This document shows positions 1 to 9,024 of a stretch of DNA of 64,000 bases, piece after piece (positions within the stretch are counted from its first letter, which is position 1; every line of letters starts with the position of its first letter). The stretch is taken from the NCBI GenBank assembly GCA_001818775.1, contig MHKD01000042.1, forward strand, positions 41,022 through 105,021, written 5' to 3'. The DNA is from Candidatus Kerfeldbacteria bacterium RIFCSPHIGHO2_12_FULL_48_17 (GTDB lineage: Bacteria > Patescibacteriota > Patescibacteriia > HO2-48-17). The notes below the pieces were generated by a model. The model was not told the origin of the DNA and made no database searches. It saw only the letters and a list, made by a program, of their open reading frames with translations. The translations under genes were made by a program, and so were the position numbers.

Positions 1-382
1 CTTCATCAGACAGGAGGCGGGTCGTGGCCACCAGCGGCTGGCTCTTTGAGTATCTATTGATAATTTTTACCGTGCCGGTGGCTTTCTCCGAAAAATCATC
101 AAGCTCCGTAACGTCTGTCGAGGTCTCCTCGCCGGAAACCGTTGTTGTTAAAAAAATGCCGTCAAATCGGGTATCTGAAGGCGGATTTTTCGTGACCTCT
201 GCGTTTTCAACAGGCAATGCAAAATCAAGGGCAATGTCTTCGGCCCGAGGCATAAGGGTGATGACGGTCTTGGAAAAGGAAAAGTAAAGAATAAAAGAAA
301 CAAGGACGACAGTGAAGCCGATGAATGTCCAGAGAATTTTCGCGTAATGTTTTTCTATTTTACTTTTTTGCAGTGAGGGCAT
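1..382 (-). CDS. Membrane-anchored protein resembling Patescibacteria baseplate-J/gp47-like proteins; runs off the left window edge
   Basis: Not in the ORF track. Hand translation from ATG 382: MPSLQKSKIEKHYAKILWTFIGFTVVLVSFILYFSFSKTVITLMP...KATGTVKIINRYSKSQPLVATTRLLSDE, open to position 1. One TM helix; overlaps the dnaE 3' end. Family call is from motif recall. Confidence 0.6.
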   Translation of the reverse strand, partial: MPSLQKSKIEKHYAKILWTFIGFTVVLVSFILYFSFSKTVITLMPRAEDIALDFALPVENAEVTKNPPSDTRFDGIFLTTTVSGEETSTDVTELDDFSEKATGTVKIINRYSKSQPLVATTRLLSDE

Positions 383-3300
383 ATTCCATTCCATTATATA
401 CCCTGATCGATTTTTGACCAACTTTATCAGCAATTTTTGACAAAACACCCGGGTCAGAAGAAATGAGCATTTTCGTATGTATTCTTCTGCCGTTTTCACT
501 GCTGCCGATAAAAAATTCCACCGGACATGACCCGGGAAAATCGGAAAAAATGCGCTTCAGTTCCAGAAGGGTGGTGGGGTGCACCGTGGCCGGAAGCGAT
601 ATGAGAATGCGCTGCGGTGGGATGAATTTCTGTTTGACTTTTTTACTGCTGCTCCGTAAAAAATCCTGAGACGCGTTCCACTTTGGTTCAGCCAGGAGTT
701 TTTGCACGTCTATTTCCACGGCGGCATCCACAATGACCTGCGGAGTGACATCACGGATGCTGAGTTTCCCCTCAATCCGCAAAAATCGCTCTTCTGTCCA
801 CAGATAAGAGGTTTCCTGAAAAATTTTCGGAAAAACCAGAAGTTCAGTTTCACCCGTATGATCAGAAAGTGTGGCAAAGAGCATCTGTTCGCCTTTTTTG
901 GTAACGATTTTTTTTACTTTCGTGATAAGTCCAATGACCCGCACGGGGGCATTATTTTTATACCGCGCCAGCGAAGCCAGCGAAGCAGCGCGTTCTTCGA
1001 GAATATCAGCATACTGAGCCAAGGGGTGCTGAGAAATGTACAGACCAAGGAGTTCTTTTTCCCAGGTCAGGAGCTGGAAAATATTCAACGGGTCAGCTGC
1101 CGCCAGTTTGAGTGGGGGAATATAGCGCGCCCCGTTTTGCTGGAACAAGGAAAACTGCCCCGTATTCGATTCGGTCTGAGCCGTTTTGGCATACTGAAGA
1201 ATGAGCTCAAGATTATGCAGAAGCTGCGAACGGTCACCGAAAGCGTCGAGCGCGCCCGATTTGATCAGACTCTCAACGGATTTTTTATTGAGATCCTTGT
1301 GCTGAATGCGCCGCAAAAAATCCTGCAAAGAAGCAAAACGACCCCCCTCGGTTTTCCGCTCGTCAATAATTTTTCGACTGACACTCCCACCCAGATTTTT
1401 AATGGCCGTCAGTCCAAAGCGGATGCGCGGCTTCCCCGAAGCGAGCGATTCTTTCACTACGGTAAACGTGGAATAGCTTTCATTCACGGCCGGCGGCATC
1501 ACTTCAATTCCCAGATCACGGCATTCCTTCACCTCAATGGCAATGCGATCAGTATTATCACCATCGCTCGTCATGAGAGCGGCCATAAACTGCGCCGGAT
1601 AGTGCGCCTTCAGATATGCCGTCTGGTAGGCGATCATGGCGTAGCACACGGCGTGCGACCGGTTAAAACCATAGCGCGCAAACGGCAGAATAAATTCCCA
1701 CAGCTGCTTCGCGGTACGGGCAGGGATGCCGTTTTTTATCATACCATCAACCATTTTTTGCTCCTGCTGATCAAGCAGCTCCTTGATCTTTTTACCAACG
1801 GCCTTGCGCAACACATCAGCCTCACCGAACGTAAAACCGGCGAGCTGACGAGCAATCTGCATGATTTGTTCTTGATACAGAATAATGCCATATGTTTTTT
1901 GCAGCAACGGCCCCAGCGATTCATGAATATACTCGACGCGCACCCAGCCGTGCTTGCGCGCTATGTAATCAGGTATAAATTCCATCGGCCCAGGACGATA
2001 CAAAGCCACCATTGCGACGATATCTTCAAATTCCGTGGGCTTCAATTCCTTCAAATAGCGCCGCATGCCGGCTGATTCCAGCTGGAATACGCCGATGGTC
2101 TGACCTTTTTGCAACAGCTCGTATGCCGGCTTATCGTCAAGCGGTAAACGATCAATATCAATGACAGCACCCGTTGTCTTGGTTATTATATTCAACGTAT
2201 TACGGATGATGGTCAGGTTTTTCAAACCCAGAAAATCCATTTTCAAAAGCCCCAAATCCTCGACCGGGTGCAGAGAATACTGAGAAATAACGGCCGTATC
2301 GCCCTGCGTTGAATACTGGATACCCGTGTGTTCGGTGAGGGGGTGCTTGGTAATAACGACGCCGCAGGCATGTATGGAAGTATGCCGGGCCACACCTTCG
2401 ATCTTACGCGCGCTCTTCAGTAAACGCTCACAGTCGGGATCATTGGCATGCATCTGTTTTAATTCCGGCACGACGTCAATGGCCTTTTGCAAAGTTGTGA
2501 ACATTGGCACCAATTTTGCTATCCGATCACAGTAACTGTAGGAAAAACCAAGTACGCGTCCGACGTCACGAAGCGCAGCCCGGGCCGCCATCGTTCCAAA
2601 GGTAATAATCTGCGCAACGTGATCCTTGCCATATTGACTTTCCACATAGCGAATGACGTCATCACGCCGTTCGTCATCAAAATCAGTGTCAATATCCGGC
2701 ATGGACACGCGTTCGGGGTTCAAAAACCGCTCAAACAAAAGCTCATACTTTATGGGATCGACGCTGGTAATATTCGTAAGGTAGGCAACCAGGCTGCCGG
2801 CCGCGCTGCCACGGCCAGGTCCGACGACGATGCCGTTTTTCTTGGCCCAGTTGATAAAATCCTGAACAATGAGAAAATAGGAGGCATAACCGGTTTTAGC
2901 GATGACACCGAGTTCATACGCCAAACGGTCGCTGATTTCTGAAGTGACTTGACTATAACGTGCGCGCAAACCCTGGCCACACAACTGCTCAAGTTTTTCC
3001 TGGGCAGTGATCCCGCTGGGAAGTTCGTAGTGGGGCAGTTGGATTTTCCCCAATGCAAGTTCAAACTGACACTGTTTCGCGATTTTGAGCGTGTTTTCCA
3101 AAACCTCGGGATGCGCCGCAAAAACCTGCTCCATCACTTCCGCTGAACGGAAAGAAAAATCATGACCCAGCAAGGTGGGCCTGTCTGTATCCTGAAACAA
3201 TTTTTTTTCACGTATGCATGACAAAATATCCTGCGCTTCAGCGTCGGCATACTCTATATAGTGAACATCATTGGTGGCGACAACAGAAGCCCCAATCATC

Positions 3301-3887
3301 GCCGCCAGTTGAAAAAACATTTCATTCACCCGCATCTGCTGAGCCAGTCCGGGATGATGAAGAACTTCCAGATAAAAATTTTCTTTTCCGAATATATTCT
3401 GAAAAACCGCAGCCACCTTGGCAGCCGCAGCCAAACCAGCATCCAAAGCAACGGTGCCGACCTTTCCCCGGAAACCATGGCTGAGGGCAATGAGGCCATG
3501 GGCATGCGCCGCTAAAATTTTTTCATCAACACTTGGATGTTCGAACCAACCCTGAAGATGGGCAATGGAGGTGAGTTTCAGTAGATTTTTGTAACCGGCA
3601 TCGTTTTTTGCGAGCAAAACCAGGGGATATGCAGGCGCCGTAGCCGCCGCCATGTCAGACAGGGGGAGCGTGGTAACCCACAGCTCCATGCCAAGTATAG
3701 GCTGGATACCGGCACTTTTTGCGGCCTGAAAAAATTCAACCGCACCATACATAACGCCAGAATCCGTCAATGCCAAAGCCGGCATACCCAAAGACTTGGC
3801 TTTCGCAACCAACTGGTGAACCTTTGGCAGGCCTTCCAAAAGACTGTAATCACTGTGCGTATGGAGATGAACGAAATTTTGTGGCAT
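360..3887 (-). CDS. dnaE: DNA polymerase III alpha subunit
   Basis: PHP motif FVHLHTHSDYSLL, GPGRGSAAGS, catalytic MPDIDTDF, KMDFLGL, YGFNRSHA and a C-terminal OB fold. Start set at ATG 3887 (MPQNF). Confidence 0.98.
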   Translation of the reverse strand: MPQNFVHLHTHSDYSLLEGLPKVHQLVAKAKSLGMPALALTDSGVMYGAVEFFQAAKSAGIQPILGMELWVTTLPLSDMAAATAPAYPLVLLAKNDAGYKNLLKLTSIAHLQGWFEHPSVDEKILAAHAHGLIALSHGFRGKVGTVALDAGLAAAAKVAAVFQNIFGKENFYLEVLHHPGLAQQMRVNEMFFQLAAMIGASVVATNDVHYIEYADAEAQDILSCIREKKLFQDTDRPTLLGHDFSFRSAEVMEQVFAAHPEVLENTLKIAKQCQFELALGKIQLPHYELPSGITAQEKLEQLCGQGLRARYSQVTSEISDRLAYELGVIAKTGYASYFLIVQDFINWAKKNGIVVGPGRGSAAGSLVAYLTNITSVDPIKYELLFERFLNPERVSMPDIDTDFDDERRDDVIRYVESQYGKDHVAQIITFGTMAARAALRDVGRVLGFSYSYCDRIAKLVPMFTTLQKAIDVVPELKQMHANDPDCERLLKSARKIEGVARHTSIHACGVVITKHPLTEHTGIQYSTQGDTAVISQYSLHPVEDLGLLKMDFLGLKNLTIIRNTLNIITKTTGAVIDIDRLPLDDKPAYELLQKGQTIGVFQLESAGMRRYLKELKPTEFEDIVAMVALYRPGPMEFIPDYIARKHGWVRVEYIHESLGPLLQKTYGIILYQEQIMQIARQLAGFTFGEADVLRKAVGKKIKELLDQQEQKMVDGMIKNGIPARTAKQLWEFILPFARYGFNRSHAVCYAMIAYQTAYLKAHYPAQFMAALMTSDGDNTDRIAIEVKECRDLGIEVMPPAVNESYSTFTVVKESLASGKPRIRFGLTAIKNLGGSVSRKIIDERKTEGGRFASLQDFLRRIQHKDLNKKSVESLIKSGALDAFGDRSQLLHNLELILQYAKTAQTESNTGQFSLFQQNGARYIPPLKLAAADPLNIFQLLTWEKELLGLYISQHPLAQYADILEERAASLASLARYKNNAPVRVIGLITKVKKIVTKKGEQMLFATLSDHTGETELLVFPKIFQETSYLWTEERFLRIEGKLSIRDVTPQVIVDAAVEIDVQKLLAEPKWNASQDFLRSSSKKVKQKFIPPQRILISLPATVHPTTLLELKRIFSDFPGSCPVEFFIGSSENGRRIHTKMLISSDPGVLSKIADKVGQKSIRVYNGMEYALTAKK

Positions 3888-3975
3888 AAGAGGACGCGGG
3901 TACAAAACAGATGAGCACCAAAAGTTCCTTCAGTATACCAACATTGCCAGTGACATTCCAGTGGCGTCCATAACG

Positions 3976-3997
3976 AAAAAACCCGGATTTCTCCGGG
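3976..3997 (-). terminator. Intrinsic terminator
   Basis: Minus strand CCCGGA-GAAA-TCCGGG-TTTTTT downstream of the 4038-4415 gene. Confidence 0.7.
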
Positions 3998-4037
3998 CGC
4001 CCACTGAACAATTACTCACCCCAAAACCAAAGAAAAA

Positions 4038-4415
4038 TCAAGAAATGCTTTCTTCGGTTTCATCTTCATCATCCTGATTTTTCACCTGGTCTTGATCAGT
4101 TGCCTTGGTTCTTTTTGCCCGGCGACGAATGGATGAAGACGAACTTTTCCTGGCTCTGAAATCACGAACAAGGCCGCCAATATGCTTAAACTCCTTAACA
4201 AGAAAGGAAATTGATTGCGCTGAAGTAAAAATTTTATCCTTAATAGCCAGAACGGCCCGTTCAATCTCTTCGATCTTCTCCCGAAATTCCTTCACCATTT
4301 CATTGCCCTGCTTGAGCAGTGTGCCGATATAGTACATGATCCAAACCAGAAAAACCGTAAATACCAAAATACAAACCGTAAGGACAATATAAAGATAATC
4401 AAGGGACGTAAGCAT
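4038..4415 (-). CDS. Small membrane protein (TM helix plus coiled coil, DUF948-like)
   Basis: MLTSLDYLYIVLTVCILVFTVFLVWIMYY hydrophobic helix, then an amphipathic/coiled region and a charged tail. TGCTATACT extended -10 at ~4456-4464. Confidence 0.75.
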   Translation of the reverse strand: MLTSLDYLYIVLTVCILVFTVFLVWIMYYIGTLLKQGNEMVKEFREKIEEIERAVLAIKDKIFTSAQSISFLVKEFKHIGGLVRDFRARKSSSSSIRRRAKRTKATDQDQVKNQDDEDETEESIS

Positions 4416-4488
4416 ATTTTTTGTGTAATTTTTATTCTGTCTGAGACAACACATGCAGTATAGCATATTTTTTTATTTCGGGAAAAAA

Positions 4489-4497
4489 TGCTAGAAT
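4489..4497 (+). promoter_or_regulatory. Extended -10 promoter element (TGCTAGAAT)
   Basis: TGnTAGAAT in the divergent intergenic region; predicted +1 (~4504) coincides with the insertion site of the repeat element. Confidence 0.5.
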
Positions 4498-4507
4498 AAA
4501 ACCTAAA

Positions 4508-4669
4508 GGGTCTGTCGCCGAATACCATTTCTGCTGCAATCATGGAATTTTGGCCAGAACCGCTTCAAAATTTTTCGGCTTATATTCCATATAAACCTCA
4601 AAATTTATTCAGCAATTCTGTCACAAAATTCCATGATTTCGTCACGAAAGCGTATTCGGCGACAGACAC
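4508..4669 (+). mobile_element. 162-bp MITE-like inverted-repeat element, copy 1
   Basis: Ends GGGTCTGTCGCCGAATAC (4508-4525) / GTATTCGGCGACAGACAC (4652-4669). Inner perfect 15-bp IR at 4538-4552 / 4624-4638. Flanking direct repeat CTAAA at 4503-4507 and 4670-4674. 160/162 identical to the reverse complement of 16879-17040. Confidence 0.92.
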
Positions 4670-4689
4670 CTAAAGACAAACAAAGTCAT

Positions 4690-5565
4690 ATGGCGGAGAC
4701 AAGAATGAGTGATGCGGAATTTTCTTTCGGGTACTGGTGGGTCACGCACCGAGGGCAGCTACGAAAAACTTCCGGCATTACTCTGGTGATTATACATTTA
4801 CTTCTTATAACAACACTCGTCATCCAGGGAGTGAGTTTTGTGTTTGAAGTCATGCGCACGGCCGACTACTTCGAAACAATGGCACAGCCGGATATCGCCT
4901 ACGCCGACGTCCGAAACAAGCAACAACCGCAAAATATCCAACTGGGCGCGACCCAGGTTTTTGATTCTGATCTGGAAGGCAGAGTGAATATCGCCACGGA
5001 AATCACGAATCCCAACGAACACTGGGCCGTGAAAAAAATAACGTACAGCGCGGTGGTCAATGGCGAATTGCAGTCGCCGGAAACCGATTTCCTTATGGCC
5101 CAGGAACGCCACTTTATCACCACATTTGGCATTGAAGCGGCAAGTGCCGGCCAGGTTCAGGCCACGCTGAATGTAACGGACGTTGAATGGGAGCGCGTGA
5201 ATGCATACACAACGCCGAAAGGCAGGATAGATGTCACTGACATTGAGTTCAGCCCGAGCATTACCGTCGAAGATGCCACGAGCAGCGACCAGGTTTTCAG
5301 TCAGGCGACGGCCGACATAACCAACCGCGATATATTTACTTTCGCCGAAGCGGAATTTATCGTCGTGGCGGAAATACAGGGGGATATCATCGCGGTGAGA
5401 AGAATCATGCTCAAAGACCTTATCCCGAGTGAAACGCAAACACTGAGAGCGCAGTGGAGCAGACGGATAAGTCCGGGGGCGGAAGTGAGCGTTCTGACCC
5501 ATATCAACCTCATCGACAAAACCAACAGGAAACTCAGTTTGACACAACCCGCATCAACTGAGTAG
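4690..5565 (+). CDS. Hypothetical single-pass membrane protein with a beta-rich extracellular region
   Basis: Native ATG 4690 (MAETRMSD), TM segment GITLVIIHLLLITTLVIQGVSFVF. The ORF also extends in frame to the element-borne ATG at 4633. Confidence 0.8.
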   Translation: MAETRMSDAEFSFGYWWVTHRGQLRKTSGITLVIIHLLLITTLVIQGVSFVFEVMRTADYFETMAQPDIAYADVRNKQQPQNIQLGATQVFDSDLEGRVNIATEITNPNEHWAVKKITYSAVVNGELQSPETDFLMAQERHFITTFGIEAASAGQVQATLNVTDVEWERVNAYTTPKGRIDVTDIEFSPSITVEDATSSDQVFSQATADITNRDIFTFAEAEFIVVAEIQGDIIAVRRIMLKDLIPSETQTLRAQWSRRISPGAEVSVLTHINLIDKTNRKLSLTQPASTE

Positions 5566-5582
5566 ACTATAGCCCTCACACT

Positions 5583-6689
5583 ATGAAAACCAAAGGTTGG
5601 CTCACGAAAGTCAAAAAAATCGACTGGGGTATACTTATTTTCACCGCAATCCTGGTGACATTCGGGTTGTCCATTATCTACAGCATCGGTCTCCATGGTG
5701 AAAAAACGGATCTCAGCGTATTTTACAAACAACTTGCAGCCGTCGGTATAGGGGTCGCCATTCTGATGGGGGCTCTTTTTTTTGATTACCGTTTTTTACA
5801 GCCACTGAGTTGGATAGCGTGTATTCTTGGACTCCTTTTGTTGGCTTCCGTGTTGCTTTTTGGCATCACGATCCGAGGGACAACAGGGTGGCTGAATCTT
5901 GGATTTACGACGGTTCAACCAGTTGAGCTGGCCAAGGTATTCCTCATCGTGACCCTGGCCGCTTGGCTTACCAAATGCGGCGGCAGTCTTGAACGCTGGC
6001 AGAATCTCGTAATCAGCGCGTTAATTGTCTTTGCCTACACGGGACTTGTGCTGCTTCAGCCTGATCTTGGTTCAGCCATGGTCTTTGTCGGCGTGTGGGT
6101 TATGTCGCTGTTTGTGACGAGAACCCCAAACCTGTACCGCATCGGCATCATCGTTCTTAGTATTATTTTTGCTGTGTCGAGTTGGTTTTTTTTGTCAGGG
6201 TTTCAAAAGGATCGTATTCGTGTATTTCTTGATCCGGGTGCCGACCCACTTGGTATTGGATATAATGTTACCCAATCCATCATATCAGTAGGTTCAGGCA
6301 GGTGGTTCGGCAGGGGCCTCGGACTGGGACCGCAAAGTCAGCTGAATTTTCTTCCCGAGCAGGAGACTGACTTTATTTTTGCCGTGATCGCCGAAGAAAT
6401 GGGTCTCATCGGAGCCAGCGTCCTCCTCCTGAGCTTTGGTCTGCTCTGGTTCATGATCTGGCGGCGCGCCAGAAAAACCAGCGACCTGTTTGGCATGTAC
6501 GTTCTCACTTTGGGCCTGTTTCAATTCTTCATCCAAACTTTTGTCAATATCGGTATGAATATGGGAATTTCACCGGTGACCGGTATTCCGTTGCCGTTTA
6601 TCAGCTCAGGCGGCAGCTCCATGATAGCCAGTCTCCTCCTCGTTGGCCTATTTGAAGGAATAGCGTTAAGAAACAGCGAAAAAAGTTGA
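5583..6689 (+). CDS. rodA: SEDS-family peptidoglycan glycosyltransferase RodA
   Basis: QPVELAK, LQPDLGSA, GYNVTQSIISVGSG, LPEQETDFIF, PVTGIPLPFISSGGSS. Confidence 0.93.
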   Translation: MKTKGWLTKVKKIDWGILIFTAILVTFGLSIIYSIGLHGEKTDLSVFYKQLAAVGIGVAILMGALFFDYRFLQPLSWIACILGLLLLASVLLFGITIRGTTGWLNLGFTTVQPVELAKVFLIVTLAAWLTKCGGSLERWQNLVISALIVFAYTGLVLLQPDLGSAMVFVGVWVMSLFVTRTPNLYRIGIIVLSIIFAVSSWFFLSGFQKDRIRVFLDPGADPLGIGYNVTQSIISVGSGRWFGRGLGLGPQSQLNFLPEQETDFIFAVIAEEMGLIGASVLLLSFGLLWFMIWRRARKTSDLFGMYVLTLGLFQFFIQTFVNIGMNMGISPVTGIPLPFISSGGSSMIASLLLVGLFEGIALRNSEKS

Positions 6690-6715
6690 CACAGGGGTCA
6701 ATTAAATGATAGAGT
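6686..6715 (+). promoter_or_regulatory. Sigma70-type promoter
   Basis: TTGACA (6686-6691), 18 bp, TAGAGT (6710-6715) with a TG extension. Confidence 0.6.
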
Positions 6716-6741
6716 AAAATCACTAAAAATTGAGAAAAAAC

Positions 6742-7125
6742 ATGGACAACAAAAAACCAAAAACCAATCTTTCTCAGATGTTGATCCAGGGTTTGCGGCT
6801 CCTTACGCACTGTCCTTTATGCGAAAGCGACTACCAACCCGTTTCAGCCAAGGTTATAGAAGAGAAAGACAATGCGCATTTGGTGTATATACGTTGTAAA
6901 AATTGTCTCAGTTCCGTTCTTGCTGTGGTGATTACTGGTTCGGCTGGAATCAGCTCCATGTGTCTTGTGACCGATCTCAATAGCGAAGATATCAGGCGTT
7001 TTCAGTATGCTGAAAAGCTCAGCATTGATGATGTCATAGATATTCACGAAGCCGTATCGGGCCAGGACAGCCAGGACTTTATTCACTCGCTTGTAGCCAC
7101 ACAGCCATCTACAAGCATTCATTAA
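6742..7125 (+). CDS. Small zinc-ribbon-like hypothetical protein
   Basis: CPLC ... CKNC pairs; ATG at 6742; directly upstream of rplY. Confidence 0.75.
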   Translation: MDNKKPKTNLSQMLIQGLRLLTHCPLCESDYQPVSAKVIEEKDNAHLVYIRCKNCLSSVLAVVITGSAGISSMCLVTDLNSEDIRRFQYAEKLSIDDVIDIHEAVSGQDSQDFIHSLVATQPSTSIH

Positions 7126-7147
7126 ACTTAAAGGCATCAGAAAATTT

Positions 7148-7867
7148 ATGGAAGCACTCTTACTTACCAGTAAAATCCGGGAGGAAAAACGTAAAAATCT
7201 CAAAACTTTGCGTGAATCAGGCTATGTGCCAGCTGAACTGTATGGTCATGGAATAAAAAACCAGCATATTTCCGTGCTGGCGAAAGATTTTCAGAAAGTA
7301 TACCGGCAGGCTGGTGAAAATACCCTCATCGAACTCGTCATTGACAGCCAAAAGCCAGTCAAGACACTGATCAGTGATGTCCAACTTGACCCGGTTACTG
7401 ACCGCATTATTCACGTAGACCTGCAGCAGATTCGCATGGACGAAAAGATCAAAACCCACATTGAATTCGATTTTATCGGTGTTTCACCGGCAGAAAAAGA
7501 AACCGGGGCTATTATCGTGAAAGACAAAACTGAATTGGAAATAGAATGTCTCCCAAGCGACCTTATTCATGAATATAAAATTGATTTAGCGGCTTTGAAA
7601 AAAGTCGATGACAGTATCCGTGTTGAGGATCTGAAACTGCCGGGCACCATTACCATCCTTGAAAATCCTGACACCACGATCGTACATGCAGCAGCTCCGC
7701 GCAGCGAAGAAGAACTCGCCAAACTCGATGAAGCCGTAACAGAAGACGTTGAAGCCGTTGAGGTTGAAAAAACAGAAAAACCTGAAGAAGAAGAAAGCGC
7801 AGCCGCAGGTGAAGGCGAAAAGAAGGGGAAAAAAGATAAACCGGAAAGTGGAAAAACGGGAAAGTAA
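7148..7867 (+). CDS. rplY: 50S ribosomal protein L25/Ctc (long form)
   Basis: LRESGYVPAELYGHG, DVQLDPVTDRIIHVD, C-terminal beta domain and acidic tail. Confidence 0.95.
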   Translation: MEALLLTSKIREEKRKNLKTLRESGYVPAELYGHGIKNQHISVLAKDFQKVYRQAGENTLIELVIDSQKPVKTLISDVQLDPVTDRIIHVDLQQIRMDEKIKTHIEFDFIGVSPAEKETGAIIVKDKTELEIECLPSDLIHEYKIDLAALKKVDDSIRVEDLKLPGTITILENPDTTIVHAAAPRSEEELAKLDEAVTEDVEAVEVEKTEKPEEEESAAAGEGEKKGKKDKPESGKTGK

Positions 7868-7914
7868 AAGGGTAAAACACGCGACCCAATCCTAAACACA
7901 ATGAGTACACACTG

Positions 7915-9015
7915 ATGGAGAAAATAAAAGAACTCCTCTGGGCTTTCAAACAAAACAAAAAAACGCAAATGATTGCACTGGGAAGTGTAATCATTGCTAT
8001 TGTTGTGATACTTGGGATCCTTTTCTTTACAAAAAATCAGGATGACAGTCAGGCCACCGTGACAAATCTCAACAGCAATACCGGGGACAATCCGGAAAGA
8101 CTGCGAAGGTTTATTGATGGTGTTTTTGTGAGTTCAGGAAATGAAAATCTTCATCCAAAAGCAGTAATGATTGAAAACCTTGTCAGTACGAGGCCACAGA
8201 GCGGGCTAGGACAGGCAAATATGGTATATGAAACACTCGCCGAAGGAGGAATCACTCGGTTTCTTGCTTTCTATGCCGACGTCGAGAAACCACTCAAAGA
8301 AATCGGACCGGTGCGCTCAGCCAGGCCGTATTTTGTGGCTATAGCCGAAGAGTATGGGGCTTTATACGCGCACGCCGGCGGGAGCCCGGAAGCGCTGACA
8401 GGCATTCAGGGAACAAAAAAAATCACCAATCTTGACCAGATAAGCGGGGATCACCCCTATTTTTGGCGGGCGGACGACCGGGAAGCACCGCACAACCTCT
8501 TCACATCAACAGAGTTGTTGGAACGCGCGGCCAGAGACAAACAAGTCACGGAGTCAGGTGATTTTGATCCCTGGAAATTCAAAGACGATGCGACTTTGGA
8601 AGAACGGCCGCAGGATGGCGCAGAACTCATTCTCAATTTTTCCAGCACCGATTACCGGGTACGGTATATGTATGATAGAGAAACCAACACCTATTACCGT
8701 TACCAGGGGCAGGAAAAACACATCGACAAACTCACCAACGAACAGCTCCATCCGAAAAATATTCTTGTGCAAATGACAACAAGTGCGGTTTTGGAAACAG
8801 ACACCGGCAGGCTCAGCATCGAAACATCCGGCGAAGGAAAAGCACTGATGTATTTTGACGGGCAAAAAAAGGAAGGCACATGGAAGAAGAGCGAATCAGG
8901 ACGCACGATTTTTTACGACGAAAATGGCCGGGAAGTGGAAATGAATGCCGGTCAAACCTGGATAGAGGTCATCCCGAACGACAAAGAGATACTCTATAAT
9001 CAGACCAGTCCGTAA
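7915..9015 (+). CDS. DUF3048 (YerB-like) membrane-anchored protein, paralog 1
   Basis: AVMIEN..RPQSGL..A..VYE..AEGGITRF, IGPVRSARPY, HAGGSP, APHNLF; N-terminal TM helix. Confidence 0.9.
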   Translation: MEKIKELLWAFKQNKKTQMIALGSVIIAIVVILGILFFTKNQDDSQATVTNLNSNTGDNPERLRRFIDGVFVSSGNENLHPKAVMIENLVSTRPQSGLGQANMVYETLAEGGITRFLAFYADVEKPLKEIGPVRSARPYFVAIAEEYGALYAHAGGSPEALTGIQGTKKITNLDQISGDHPYFWRADDREAPHNLFTSTELLERAARDKQVTESGDFDPWKFKDDATLEERPQDGAELILNFSSTDYRVRYMYDRETNTYYRYQGQEKHIDKLTNEQLHPKNILVQMTTSAVLETDTGRLSIETSGEGKALMYFDGQKKEGTWKKSESGRTIFYDENGREVEMNAGQTWIEVIPNDKEILYNQTSP

Positions 9016-9024
9016 TATACGCCG

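Noticed and set aside
702-2075. 457-aa plus-strand ORF
   Set aside because: Antisense shadow of dnaE with no protein-like motifs.
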